Origin: Vicugna vicugna
Lineage: Eukaryota
DNA: 64,000 nt
Direction of reading: 5' to 3'
Assembly (NCBI GenBank): GCA_013265495.1
Contig: MU059903.1
Location: 62,001-126,000, forward strand
Below the pieces are notes generated by a model, which saw nothing but the letters and a program-made list of their open reading frames with translations, was not told where the DNA came from and ran no database searches. A program made the translations under genes and the position numbers. Positions 21,791-34,440 of this stretch are shown here, one piece after another. Position 1 is the stretch's first letter. Each line of letters begins with the position of its first letter.

Positions 21791-23759
21791 TAAGACACGG
21801 TAACAAACAAACAGGAAAAAAGGCCGAAGGCACATGCATTAGGCTCGCGTGATGTCCACAGTGCTGATCCCAAGACGTGAGCCAGCAGGGAACAGCCACG
21901 TGCACAGGGGAGTAACACTCCAAAGTACTTAATTCTGACTAATCTGAGGGACCTTACAATCCACATTGTCTCTGCGTGTAGAAAACATGATGGTATTTGC
22001 TTCAGAGAGAGAAATCCTTATGTACAAGGGACAAGTGCCCAGAGGAAAAACAGAGGTGGAAGAGGAAAAAAACTTGGTGTTCAGAGCTGGCTTCACCACG
22101 TGGGCCTGGGGCCCGTAAGAGAGGTTACAGGTGATGCTGGAAGTGGCAGTGCACCTGCCAGTGCTTCAGTTTTCACGCCGTATTCCATTGGCTTTTCTTT
22201 ACTCTCCTTCCTTTAGTTCAATGACAGAAATAATTAATGAAGAACTTTCCCTTCCCTTCCCTCCCTTCCCGGCTCCCTTCTCTGATTCTTTCTAAGATAC
22301 AGCCTCCCACTTCGGTGCCCCTGTCAATTCAAAAATGGCAGCACAGAAGGAAATGGAAATAAATTCTGGGCTGAAGGGCCTCTCCCTGCGCCTGACTCTG
22401 GGGCCTGGTGTGGTCCCGGTGGTGCTGCCCGCTGCGCGTGGGACTGACCAGAGTAGCGGGAGTGGGCGGCCAGTGCAGACACCTGCTCGTGCCAGTCCCT
22501 CCCAGTTCAGAGGATGTCATGGCAGAGGGGCAGCCAGCAGAGCCCATGGCCTCGGGGCTGACGCACCGACCTGGGGCTGCCAGAAGGGACTAGACCTCTG
22601 CTTTACGCCGAGGCCACTCACCCCAAGCTGGACTCTTCCGCACCTCCCGCTAGTCAGGAACCTCTCAGGGAGCGCTCTCTGGGGCCGTGGGAAGGAAGGC
22701 CTGTCCTCTGCGAGGGCGTGGAGGCCGGGGAGGGGCTGGCCCGGCAGCTGCCCCACGAGGGGACCCTTCTCCTAGAGGCGCTGACGGCAAGGTATTTCTC
22801 TCCTCTCAGCTCGAAGCTGCCTCGCCGGGGACCAGCCGAGGTCTATGGGACTGGCTTAAAATTGGAAAAGAGATGAGAACAGATGCTGTAACCTAGGGAT
22901 ATTTTCCCTATTTTGTTTATGTGGAAGTTCAGTTAAGCAGAAATAGTAAGAAAGAAAGCGAGAACACAAGTGAAATCCATTCTGGGTCTTAAGCAGCAGC
23001 ATGTGGCAAGGAGACGGACGTTCCAGAAAAGCAAAGCCCCCAAGAGTGTTGTGCACGCGTCAGGAGCAGGCGCAGAAAGAGCGTTTCCTACAAAGCACGC
23101 TTCTCGGGGCACCAGGGGACGCTTCCAGAGGAAAGGGCCTGAGCGTGAGCTCGTCACCCTGGGCTGGGACCCGGACGGTGCAGCCTTGGAACAGCCCACT
23201 ACAGTCAAAGGTGGCAAATTCTATAACCAGCAGTTTCAAATTGTGCATTCCAAATTGATATCTTCTACACAAATAAAAGGATCTGATTTGGGCTTTGAAA
23301 CCAGCCGCCTGCCTTCTGTTCGCCGTACAATGCCATCTGACTTCTTAAAAAGCTCCGTGCCTTTTCTCCCTCCTGCACCTGCTCAGCTGTTACAGTGTCA
23401 GCATCTCATCTCAGACGGTTCCGTGTGATGCGGGAGCTGCGATCACCTGACAGCTCCCGGGGGAGCGAGGTGTCCGTGGGCCCTGTGGTGGGAGGGCTAA
23501 CGGGACCCCACGGCCTGGGGCCTTGTTCTCCCCTCCTGACCCACCAGGGAGCCCAAGGGCTGGGAGTGTTCTCTGAGAGGAGAAACTGCAGGCACAGCCG
23601 CTGTTCCTCCTTCACGAGAGGGTCTGGATCTCACGCAGGCCCTAGAACCCCTCCTGTGTATGCAAATGTTCCAGGAGGTACGCACATTCAGGGTCAGCCT
23701 CACAGACAGGCGAGTGTGTTGCTCAGCTGGCCGGACACTGCCGTGAAGTGTCACCTCCT

Positions 23760-23900
23760 CAGCCTGTGTGACCGCAGGGAAGTTGCTGCAGTCTCCATTT
23801 CCTCATCTGTGAAGTGGGCTGTTCACAGAACCTCCTTCCTTGGGTTGTGGTGAAGATCACGTGATGGAGTCAGTGCTCAGAACGGTGCCCGGCGTAAGGC
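23760..23900 (+). mobile_element. MIR SINE
   Basis: CTGTGTGACC...CATTTCCTCATCTGTGAAGTGGG...GGGTTGTGGTGAAGAT...GTGCTCAGAACGGTGCCCGGCGT. Confidence 0.8.
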
Positions 23901-25214
23901 GGGCTGCCTGCCTGGGGACTTACTGTCCCCGCTGTTATTATGGTCATCTTTCCTTAGAGGTGATGTATTTTACAGAAAAAATGATTGCCCGGATATTCCG
24001 CCAAAGGCCAGGTGCTCCCCAAACTAACATCGTTCTCTAAGGAGAAACAAGGAAACTTTCTCTGAAAGACGTGGAGCCACTTTGAGGCTAGAAGAACAAA
24101 TAAACCCCTTGTGGCTTTAATTTTTCTTTTTTCGTAAACAGAAATACAGAAGGATCCACTCACGTCCTTTCAGAACTACTGGTGAGGGAAAAGCTATGTC
24201 CAGCGAACGCAAGGAACAGCGGCCATGGAACCTGAGTTTTAGGGCACATGTTTACTGCAGACTGTTCGAGGGAGGGTGACATGGGGCAGAGAGGGCGGCC
24301 AGGCAGCGGAGGGGAGGCCCAGAGCTGGACGCGGCCGCGGGACCGGGGCCAGGGAGGCGCCCGGGCAGGGTGGGCTTCAGACCATCTCCCCCCAATCTCG
24401 TCATCCAGGAGGCCAGCTTGTCCCAGCCGTTTCTCAGTGGCTCTCTATGCCTGTCTGGTTTCACTTTTTGCTGTAAATAAAAATACAGCTTTGTTTTCTT
24501 AGGAAACGTCGAAGATTTTGCTCAGTTACCCGGTTACAGCCCTTCCTAGGGGACCTTGGGGATGTCAGCCGACATTCCCTGGCACCCCGCTCTCTGCCGG
24601 GGGCTCGTCCACCGGAGACCCACGGACCCTCCCTCCCCGGGGCCCCTGCCCCGCTGCCCGTTCTCACGCCGAAGCCCCGACGTGGTGCCCGGCCCACGGC
24701 CTCATGGGTGACTTTACGATAACCACGCTGACGCGACACGTCTGCCCGCCGCGCGGAGGCCCGGGGCACCCCTGGGGCTTCGTCCTCCGCGCTGACCGGC
24801 AGAGGCAGCACCCCCCGGCCAGCGGGGGGAACTGAGTGCGGAATCAGAGTGGGCCCAGGCCTGTCCGGGACATTTTCTAGGAAAGACTCAGGACGTGGAA
24901 CTAAAGTTCGGGCGAGCGGCCAGACGGAGGTGACGGCCAAGCCAGGAGATGCCATTGCGGGTCAAGAGGGCAGCGCCTCCGGCTGGAGGTGACCTCGACC
25001 TTGGCCCAGCCCTCTTTGCCTCCCGTCTCCTGAAGGCCGGTTTACCGGGCGTTTTAATCCGCAGCGTCTAGTCCCGCTCGGCGCTCGGTCAATACACGCC
25101 AAGTGCTGAACGGACGAGCGCATGAACGTGCCTGCCTGACACACGGCCAAAGCGGAGACGCCAGGGACGAGGCCGAGCTGCCACCGGCCCGGGGCCCAGA
25201 CGGCAGCTCATGTG

Positions 25215-25390
25215 CTTTCAGTTTGTTACTGACGTGCGGCTGCTTCACGGCGTTAGTTTCAGGGGGACAGCAGAGTGATTCAGTCACACACACACTGACA
25301 CAGGTACATTTCTTTTCGGAGTCCTTCCCGCTATGCGTCACTACAAGAGGCTGAGTGGCTCCCTGCGCTGCGCAGCAGGTCCTCGTGAGC
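25215..25390 (-). mobile_element. L1 3' tip, strongly GC-shifted
   Basis: GTTAGTTTCAGGGGGACAGCAGAGTGATTCAGTC and GCTCCCTGCGCTGCGCAGCAGG are homologous to the copies at 18040 and 45738. Confidence 0.8.
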
Positions 25391-28300
25391 AGCAGCTGTT
25401 CCGACGGGAGGTGAGCACTCCGGGGCCCCCGCCCTCCCCGCGGTGGGAACGGTCCCAGGAGCGGACGGCGGCCGACAGAACTGTGACCACGGAGGCGGCG
25501 ATGCGCACAGACCCGGGTCCCCTCACGAGGGACGTCGCCCAGCACGGCCGCAGGAGTCACTGTGGAAGCGGGCACTGACACTGATGTTGGTGAACCGGCA
25601 ATTCTCTGTGGTTTTGCTAATATTACCAGAAATCACTTGCTTCCCAAGTAAGTTTTTGGAATCTTTTCTCTGCCTCTTTCCAAAAATGTAGAGAACATAA
25701 AACAGTGCCTGCGACTCCACAGCAGGGGCCACACCTGCCCCCGCTGCCCCTCTGCCTCCAGAGACGTGGCGCACTTTTACGGTTACTGGTCTGCTTATCC
25801 TGAACCCCAGCGGGATGCCTCTGGCTGCGAGAGCACCTTGCCTCCCCGAGCTAAGAGCAGAGTGATGACTCCCACTTCGGGACGAGGTGAGAGTGAAGAG
25901 CGATGGTCCCCTTCCTCCAGGGGCTGCCACACAGTCGCGGGGCAGGCTGTGCTTAAGAATGTTATCCCCCAAGTGTAACTCTTCCCCACGGAGGACGGTT
26001 CCTGGACCTGGAGTGGGTCGTGGAAGTCTCCACGTGGGCGTCCGTGAGGAAGGGTCCTCTTTGACGCTGAGAGTCCCTCCTGTCCCTGCCCTGAGTGAGC
26101 ACGCCGTGGGCTGGATCCACTGAGTGGGGCCCCTGTCCCGTGGTCTCTGGTGGCTGCTTTATAAATTGGTGTCTGAAGAGACACCTTTTCCTCCTCTTCC
26201 CCAAAGTCATGGCCTCACTGCTCTTCCTAAATGAGAAGCTGCCACCAGAATTAAAGGGGACACCCCACCCCGTGGGGGGAGGCGCGGCCCAGGGGGAGTT
26301 CAGCCCTGGGTCGCTGTGCTGATCCCCAGGCGGGCAGAGCTCTGTCTGGGGCCACGATGATGTGTCCAGAAGACCCCGAGGGAGGAGACACCACGCAGCC
26401 AGCATGGCAGGCAGCCTAGCCGGGGGCCTGTTAGACATGCACGCCCTGGCGCCCCCAGACCCACTGCATCGGGACCCGGCAGAGCAGCCTGGCCATCGGT
26501 GTGCTAACAAGTCTGCCAGGTAAACCTGATGCACAGCTCAGGTGTGTGCGCCCCGGGTACACCCTTATTCATCTCCTCTTGGTGCGGAAGGCTTTAGTTT
26601 TATTTCATGTGAGTAATTACGCAGGGGAGAGGGGCTCCGGGAGGCCCCGGGGAGGCGCCCCCAGACCCCAACTCAGGCAGCCCTGGGCTGCGGGACGGGC
26701 CCACCTGTCTTGTCTTAGACGTGCCTCTAACCTGCCCTCCTCGCAGGTCACAGATGAGACGCAGGTGGTTTTGGTTTTTCCTGATCTTTCTCTGCTACCC
26801 ACAGGGGAGGACTCAAACCAATCTTTAGTGTCAAGATGTCCAGGGAAGCCAAGATCCACCAAGAAGCCTTTTACTGCAGATACGTGGCTGCCGAAAGGTC
26901 ACACAAGGCTAGATGTTCGCAAGAAGAAGCTAAAATTAGTCATTCAAGGCCAAATTCACGGCTAAGACGCCCCCCTCCTAGCTGATCTGAGAACGTCATC
27001 AGGCTTGCACAGGAGGTGGGTTGCTATGGTGATGGGAAGAGATGAGATGGAATTTGGAAAAAGACTATGAAATGTTGCATGAGAAGAAAGGATGCTTGCG
27101 ACTTAAAGCCCTTGGTCTGAACACAGGCAGGGTTTCTGCTGCCGACTTCCCGTAACGCAGCTGTCACTGGAACACAGATCAAAATTTCCCAAGTTTGAAG
27201 ACACAGCGGTCTCCTACTCCGAGGCATAGCCCAGGACCCCAGAAGGTCAAAGCCACAGGAACAGGGGTTTTTGTTCTAACACCTCCCTCGTTACGGGCTA
27301 CCTCTTGACGCGTCACCTCGCTGTCTGCTGGTGTGTTGAAGCACCTGTGACTTCTCGGCCGGGCCTGTCTGACTGCTGCTGCAGGCACCTGTGTCTGGGC
27401 GGCCCTCAGCCTCACACACCACAGCAGGGAACACGACCGCGGCGTTTCCAAGGCCTGTCACTCAACCAGCACAAAATTACGTTTCATCACGAATTTAACG
27501 TAAATGAATGCAATCAGGTAATTAGAACATGCAGTGACGTAATATTCACAACACGGAGCAATGCACTTATAATGTGTAAAATGATGTTAAAAATCCTTAC
27601 TGAACTTTGTGGGGGAAAAAGGCAGTGTTTAGCGAAAGCAGATGATTGTAAAGTCCAACATCTTGATCACTTCAACATTTCATGTATGAGATTTTTTGTT
27701 TAGCCAATACTTTCAACAATTTGCTAAATATGTTTTGTAAAAATCAAACAATTTCATCTGTTCTCTTGGCCACATAGCTCCAACAGCTGAATCCATTTTA
27801 AAAAGATGCTTCATTAAAAATCATTGAAAATAGGAATTCAGACAGAAATGCTGACACAATCCTTTATTCCAAGAGAGGGCCTGAAGCACCACCAGATTCC
27901 TGAGTCTGACCAGATGACAACACCCAGGGGACGGCTCGGGCAGAAGTGACGCAGACGTCTCTGTTCGCGGACGGCCCGTCTACGCGGTGAGTAGAGTGAC
28001 CCGACAGGAGCCGCACCTGCTTCTCCAGGTGTGCCGCGTAAAATCCTGATCTGTGTGCTGGTTTTTAGAAGGTGACTCCAGGAACTCGGGGCTGTGCCGG
28101 CGCACCTAGCGGGGGCCCGGGGGCAGGGTCCGCAGCGTCCCGGCCTCCCTCAGCCAGCCCGTGCCATCCTCTGCATCACACTGAGCGCCCTGTGTGGCTT
28201 CCTGTGCGGAAAAAGCGCTGATGCTGGTGACCGTCAGGGGACGTGTCATCAGATGACAAGGATGGGGCCAAACTTGGGCTGCTGCAGGTGGGATGGGGGT

Positions 28301-29287
28301 CCCCAGAGAGCACGGGGCGGAGCTCCCCCAAGTTAGGGAGGCTAGCTGGCACAGCCAGGAGGAAGCAGGGCCCGCATGTCCAGTTGACAAGTGGGTGTCG
28401 CCTTCCCCCCAGAACTGGGTCTTCTGTGTCCAGGGTCAGTCTTTCCACCCTAGTCCCACCACCAGGCGACAAAACCCTGAGGGCACCAGACAGAGGGACG
28501 ACCGGTGAGGGACAGCCCCCGGGCCACACAGGACCCTGGGAGGCGCCCGGCTGTGACGCTCGCCTCCTCAGCGCGTCCCTGCCTTAGAATTCGGGGAAGA
28601 TGAAGGGGCTGGGGACGAACACGTGTGGACTAAAAATGACGTCATCACTTTTCTGACAATCGTCAGCCAAGTTTCCAGATATCCTGGTTCTCCTCCTTCT
28701 GGGCATCTGCGTGGTGTGTGCTCGCCGCCCCCTTGCGGTTGGGGATGGCCACGCGACTTGCCGTGGCCACTGTGGGCAGCAGAGGGGACGTGTGTACGTG
28801 ACGCCTGTGCTCGGCGCTGCTCTCCTCTCCTGGCCTGGTGACGTGACCCCACACTGAGGACCCCCTCTGCCACGCGCCTCGTGCCTGTGCTGGGAGGACC
28901 CATGTCCCCGCCCCGTGATCCAGCCTGAGCCTGGAGTCCCTTCGTGTGGGTGCTGAGACTTGGGGCCGTTTGTCACGGGAGCTTCCCCCCGCCCTGACGA
29001 ACGCAGGCGGTGCGTCTGGATGGGCTGATGGGGACTGGGTGTTCTGGTTAGGGCACGTGAACACTGGTGGTCAACTGTGAGGCTCCGCTCTGCAGCCCCA
29101 GCGTGCGATGCTCGGGCGCGTGCCCAGCGCAGCTGCTTAGCCAGGTGCCACACGGATGTAAGCGCCGTCTTAAACCTGATGAGTGGCTACAGAGGTTTCT
29201 AAGGTGTCAGGAGCACATGAACAAGGGAATTTAACAACCCTGGACCCCCTGGTCTGGAGAGCCAGGAACTAGGAATGCAGCTCCAAG

Positions 29288-29688
29288 CCGCCATGGGTGG
29301 AGCTGTGCCCCCAAATTCGTATTGAAGTCCGCACTCCCAGCGCCTCAGAAAGCACCTGGATTTGGAGACAGGGTCGGTGCAGGTGTAACCAGCGAGGCTG
29401 AGGTCAGGCTGGAGGCGGCGGGCCCCGATCCAACACGGCTGGTGTCCTGACAGCGAGAACGCCATGCGGAGATGAAGGCAGACTCAAGTGATGCTTTCAC
29501 ATCGGGAGAGGGGGGTGGCCAGCCCCACCAGAAGCCGGGGGCCAGCAGGGAGCAGACCCTCCCTCACGGCCGCAGGAGGAACAGCCCTGCCCACCCTGTC
29601 CTCAGGCTTCCCCAGAGCTGACAGAGAACAGATTCCTGCTGTTTGAGCCGCCCTGTGCTTGTCAGGGCCGCCCCAGGGAACCGCTGTG
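29288..29688 (+). mobile_element. MLT1C-like solo LTR
   Basis: GTGCCCCCAAATTCGTATTGAAGTCC...CCTCAGAA...ATTTGGAGACAGGGTC...GATCCAACACGGCTGGTGTCC...CTGCTGTTTGAGCCGCCC. Confidence 0.85.
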
Positions 29689-32387
29689 GCAGCCCAGGAG
29701 CAGAAGGACGGGAGACCGCGGGGAGCAGAGCATCCTCGGGCCGGCGTCTGACAGGAGGATGCGGCACAGTGAGCCGGAGCTGGCTGCTGACGGTCAGGAG
29801 AGCACGGGAGGCCGAGGCCCAGGTAGGGCACTGGAGGAGGCAGAATGAAGGCTGGGCGGCCTGGACCCCTCCCCGTCCAGGGAGAAGCCTGGTCGTGGCT
29901 CCCCACAGGGGACTCAGGGTTCCACATGGCGTGGGCTGTGGCGACTTGTGACCCAGGGTCTGGTTATGAGGCCGAGGCCCTTCTGCCTAGACAGGCTCCT
30001 TGTGTGTCCTGGGGACGCTGGCCCATGGGTGACTTACATTTCTGGACAGAGGAACAAAGAGTGGACCGTGTTGGTCAAGTGTCACCGCAGTCAAAGCAGA
30101 AGTCACCTGCCAACATGTTTCCGGGGTTCCATGTGGCAACAGCCCACGCAAGCCCCTTAGCCTCCGGGAAGCTCACCTCTGGTGTTACGTGGTGAGGCCT
30201 TTCTGCCATGCGCACTTCACGCCGGGCAACACCGACATAAACGCACAGGCTCCACGCTGCAGGCAGATCCCGAGGGCCTCGGAGACACCGCAGACGTCGG
30301 CCCTGCGTGCTGCCTGGGCTCACCGAGGGCTGGGGCGGAGGGCCCCTGCGGTTGGGTTTCTGAGCCCATGCCGTGCATTCAGCTGACAGTCTGCTTCATC
30401 TTATTAGCCCTCCCTCAGGTGACATCCAGGACCCTGTGGCCCCCAGAAGCAAAGTCCATTCCTAATATCACAGCCTGGTGAGGGGGCCAGACCTCAGTTT
30501 AACACCCACGTCCCCGTTTTAACAGCGGGCCCGTCTCTCCCAGAAGGAGTGGGTTGTGTCTGTTAAAAGAGAAGCCTACTGGGGAAATGCACCTGCCCGC
30601 AGGGAAACGGGGAGCCGGGCTGCTGGGCTCCCGGCCCCCACCTGCACCCCATGGCCTGGCTGCAGGGAGCCCGGACCGCAGACTGCTCTGTTCCCACCGT
30701 CTGTCCTCAGCCGCGGGCGGCGCCTCAGCCCAGGTCTAGTTTCAGCAGGTGCCGGGCCACGGTGTGAGGGACAGAGGCGCATTCATCCTCCGGCGTGGCC
30801 ACCCCCGCACTGCTCTTCAGTGCAGCGGGCCTACGCCCATCCACTGGGCACAGGTCCTGCTGGGCACAATGCTGTATTCATGGCCCCTCAAAGGTGAGTG
30901 TCACATGGGACTCATTATGCGATGGATTTCAGCTCCTCTGAATGCCCGCACTGCCCGCGTGGGAGCCGTCAGAGGCTTGGGGCCCTGGGAACCGGACACC
31001 TAACACCGGAGGAGGCTGCGTGGGAACACTGTCCCTGGGGGAGCCCACCTGGGCGGCTGGAGGCACGCCAGGGCAGCCCGGGGCCGGCGTGACACATCCA
31101 GCCGCGGGGAGCGCTGTGGTCCAGCTCTCATGGTAGGGACCCCAGCCACAGACGGGAGAGTTCAGGGCTCTGGGGCTGCATCCCTGCTCGGCTGATGAAG
31201 AGAGCGGAGGGCGGGTGGCGAGACGCATGGTCACTGCTGTGAAGCGGCCCCGCGGCTGTGCAGGGCGGGCCTGCGGAGGGCCGGAGCCCCAAGGAGTGGA
31301 AGGGGACCCTCCGGACTGGATGTGGCGGTGCTGGAGAGAGAGGGTTGTGCTAAGTGCCAGGGTCATTGTGCTCACGTCGTGCCTAAGAGGGAAAAAGACC
31401 AGGAAACTGTGGCATCTGAGCTTTCAAACTGTTAACAAATAGGACACAAAGCATTTATTTTTTAAAAATTCTCAAATTCAGTTGCAGTTTTCTGACCCAA
31501 GGGCTCTCGGTGAGGAGGCTGGGGCACAGGGGTGTGGGGGTGCCGTGAGGGGAGAGAGTTCTGCTCCAGAAACAGGTGAGCCCAACAGACCGGGCAGGTG
31601 AGGGAAGGCCCTGCTGTGGGGACGCGGCTCTGTCACCAGGCAGTCACCTCCGCCTCGGTCGCCTCCCTTGTATGACGGAGGCACGGCCCCGCCCCGTGGG
31701 GCGGCCGTGATGGTGAAGGCCCCAGCGCGGTCCCAGGCACAAGTGGCGCTCCGTCAGTGGGCTGCGCTTGTCACGTGGGCAGGGCACTGGGGAAACCTGG
31801 CCAAGTCACTGTGTACCAAGTATCATCCATCCAGGAGAGCCACCTGTCCTGGTCCTGCTGCCAACGGCCTCAGAGCCCCACCAGCTCAGTGAGTGGGAGC
31901 CTGACGGCCCCCAGAGCCGTGAGGTGGGCAGATGTGCCGGTGGCCCACAATGCGCAACAACCCTAGCCTGTCTGCTGGCGGATTCTCCAACACTAATCAG
32001 TCCGGAGCTAATAAGCTCCTCTTTCCGACAAACGCACCTGGACTTGGCCCAAGCGCAGCCCGTCCTGAGCATCCGGCACACCGAGTGCAGAGTCAGCTCG
32101 AGTGGGGTTTAAGTAACTGTGCTGCTGGGTTTCTTCTGAGTCTAGATGTCTTTGCTGGTTTGCTATGAAGCTCCCTGTAGGCTTTTAAAAATTGTCTCCC
32201 ATAGGTGTTTGGTTCTAGTCCCAGGCACAAATTTATGTTTAAGGCTAACCCTTTTATCAAACTGGGCAGTTGATGTCCCGCGTCACATACGATCACAAAT
32301 TGGGAATGTGACGTTTGAACGTGGTTCTATGATTCAGCCATCACCTCTGGTCTCACGAGCCCTCTGCCATTAAAAAGGAGGCTGCTG

Positions 32388-33301
32388 TTTCTTCAGTGAA
32401 GACAGAAACGGCCAACAGGCACACGAAAAAATGCTCAATATCGCTAATTGTTAGAGGAATGCAACTTAAAACTACAATGAGGTGTCACCTCACACTAGTC
32501 AGAATGGCCATCATTCAAAAGTCCACAAATGACAAATGCTGGAGAGGCTGTGGAGAAAAAGGGACCCTCCTGCACTACCGGTGGGAATGCAGTTTGGTGC
32601 CGCCACTGTGGAAAACAGTATGGAGATTCCTCAAAAGACTAGGAATAGACTTACCATATGACCCAGGAATCCCACTCCTGGGCATATATCCAGAAGGAAC
32701 CCTACTTCAGGATGACACCTGCACCCCAATGTTCATAGCAGCACTATTTACAATAGCCAAGACATGGAGACAACCTAAATGTCCAGCAGCAGATGACTGG
32801 AAAAAGAAGATGTGGTATACTTCTACAATGGAATACTACTCAGCCATAAAAAGAATAAAATAATGACACTGGAAGCAATTTGGATGAACTTGGAGATCAT
32901 CATTCTAAGTGAAATGAGCCAAAAAGAGAAAGAAAAATACCATATGCTATCACTTACATGTGGAATCTGGGAAAAAAATGATATAAAGGAACTTATTTAC
33001 AAAACAGAAACAGACTCACAGACATAGAAAACAAACTTATGATTACCGGAAGGGGGAAGGGGGTGGGAAGGGATAAATCAGGAGTTCGAGTTTTGCAGAT
33101 ACTGACTACTTTATATAAAATAGATGAGTAACAGGGTCCTACTGTACAGCACAGGAAACTATATTCAATATCATGCAGTACCCTCTAATGAAAAAGAATA
33201 TGAAAAGGAATATATGCAGGTACACGTATGGCTGAAACATGATGCTGGACACCAGAAACTGACACAACATTGTGACTGACTATACTTCAACTGAAAAAAA
33301 A
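32388..33301 (+). mobile_element. Relatively young 5'-truncated LINE-1 (camelid-like) with a 16-bp target-site duplication
   Basis: TSD AAAAAGGAGGCTGCTG (32372-32387) versus AAAAAGGAGACTGCTG (33297-33312). TT/AAAA endonuclease site. 3'UTR with G-rich tract and short poly-A. Confidence 0.95.
32396..32970 (+). pseudogene. L1 ORF2 C-terminal fragment (Cys-rich domain), frameshifted near 32850
   Basis: [58 protein letters not shown], continuing in another frame as AIWMNLEIIILSEMSQKEKEKYHMLSLTCGI. Confidence 0.95.
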
Positions 33302-34229
33302 GGAGACTGCTGATGAATTGCCTGTTTGGTTAACAGAGAGATAATATCCCCCCAAATGCCCTTCCCCTTCATCAGATCATTAAAAACCCATCAGAGACAC
33401 GCAGGGTCTTCGGGGGCTACCTGTACTGCCAGCCCCTCCAGTGTCACTGGCGGGGTTCCCAGGGCCTCACCCGCTCTTCTCCAGGGTCCAAGAGCTGCAG
33501 GAACACCCTTGGCCCCATGGAAACCCAACTCTGATACAGGGGGTCTGGGCAGGGCCTGAGGAGCTGCGTCTCTAGCCAGCTCGCAGGGTCCACAGACGTA
33601 CTTGACCAGCCAGGTTCTAGGACAGTGCGTGGTACCTGCCTGAGAAGAAGACAAGCGCCTGACCTCTGAGCAACCCTGCCCTTGAACTCAGGCGCTCCCG
33701 CTCACTGGGCCTTCAGGGATGGACACCACAGCCTTCTTGACCCAAGAGTCCACTGGGTCCACACCTTTACTTGCCACAGGACTGCGTGGACTTCCCAGCT
33801 CCATATTGGCCATGGTGATGGAGGTCAGCCGGTCAAGGGCACGCCGGGGGCAAAGAGGACCTCCAAAGGAGGCTGGCCTGGCGGCTGACCCCTGGTGCAC
33901 TGCCCACTCTCGCTGAGGGCCGTGCATCGGCCTCGGGAGATGCCAGGGGAGAGGCCGAGGGGCTCACCTCCCTGCAGAATGACTGGAGCATCTGTGCAGC
34001 CCCCTGCGCCCGAAGGCGTTACAGGTACAATCCTCTGTGTGCATTTGGGTGACTGGGTCTAGAGGGTGGCAGAGCAAGTTCCCGCAGAGTCGGCTCGCTA
34101 AAATTTCCAACCCACTTAAACGCTCACTGCGGCATGGTGACCACGGATGTGGACTCCACAGCAGTTATGCCACCCTTCAGAAGTCCGAGGAGGGCCGGGG
34201 AGCGGTTTGGTGCTCAGCAAACACATCCC

Positions 34230-34440
34230 ATCTTTGACTGGGCCGCACTGTGGGCCTGGCATCCTGTGGGACGGCACTCTGGCCGGTGGGCCCTGGACAG
34301 CTGCCCAGAGCAGGATCCCGCCTCACTGCCTGGAAAACCCATGTACTGGACTATGAATGAGGAAAGGACAAAGCTGTTACTATGTTAAGCCACCGAGATG
34401 CTGGGGTTGCTCCCATCACTCTTAGATTACCTGACGGTAC
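34230..34440 (+). mobile_element. Old MLT1 (H-K type) LTR 3' remnant
   Basis: TACTATGTTAAGCCACCGAGATGCTGGGGTTG resembles the MLT1 3' end. Confidence 0.4.
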
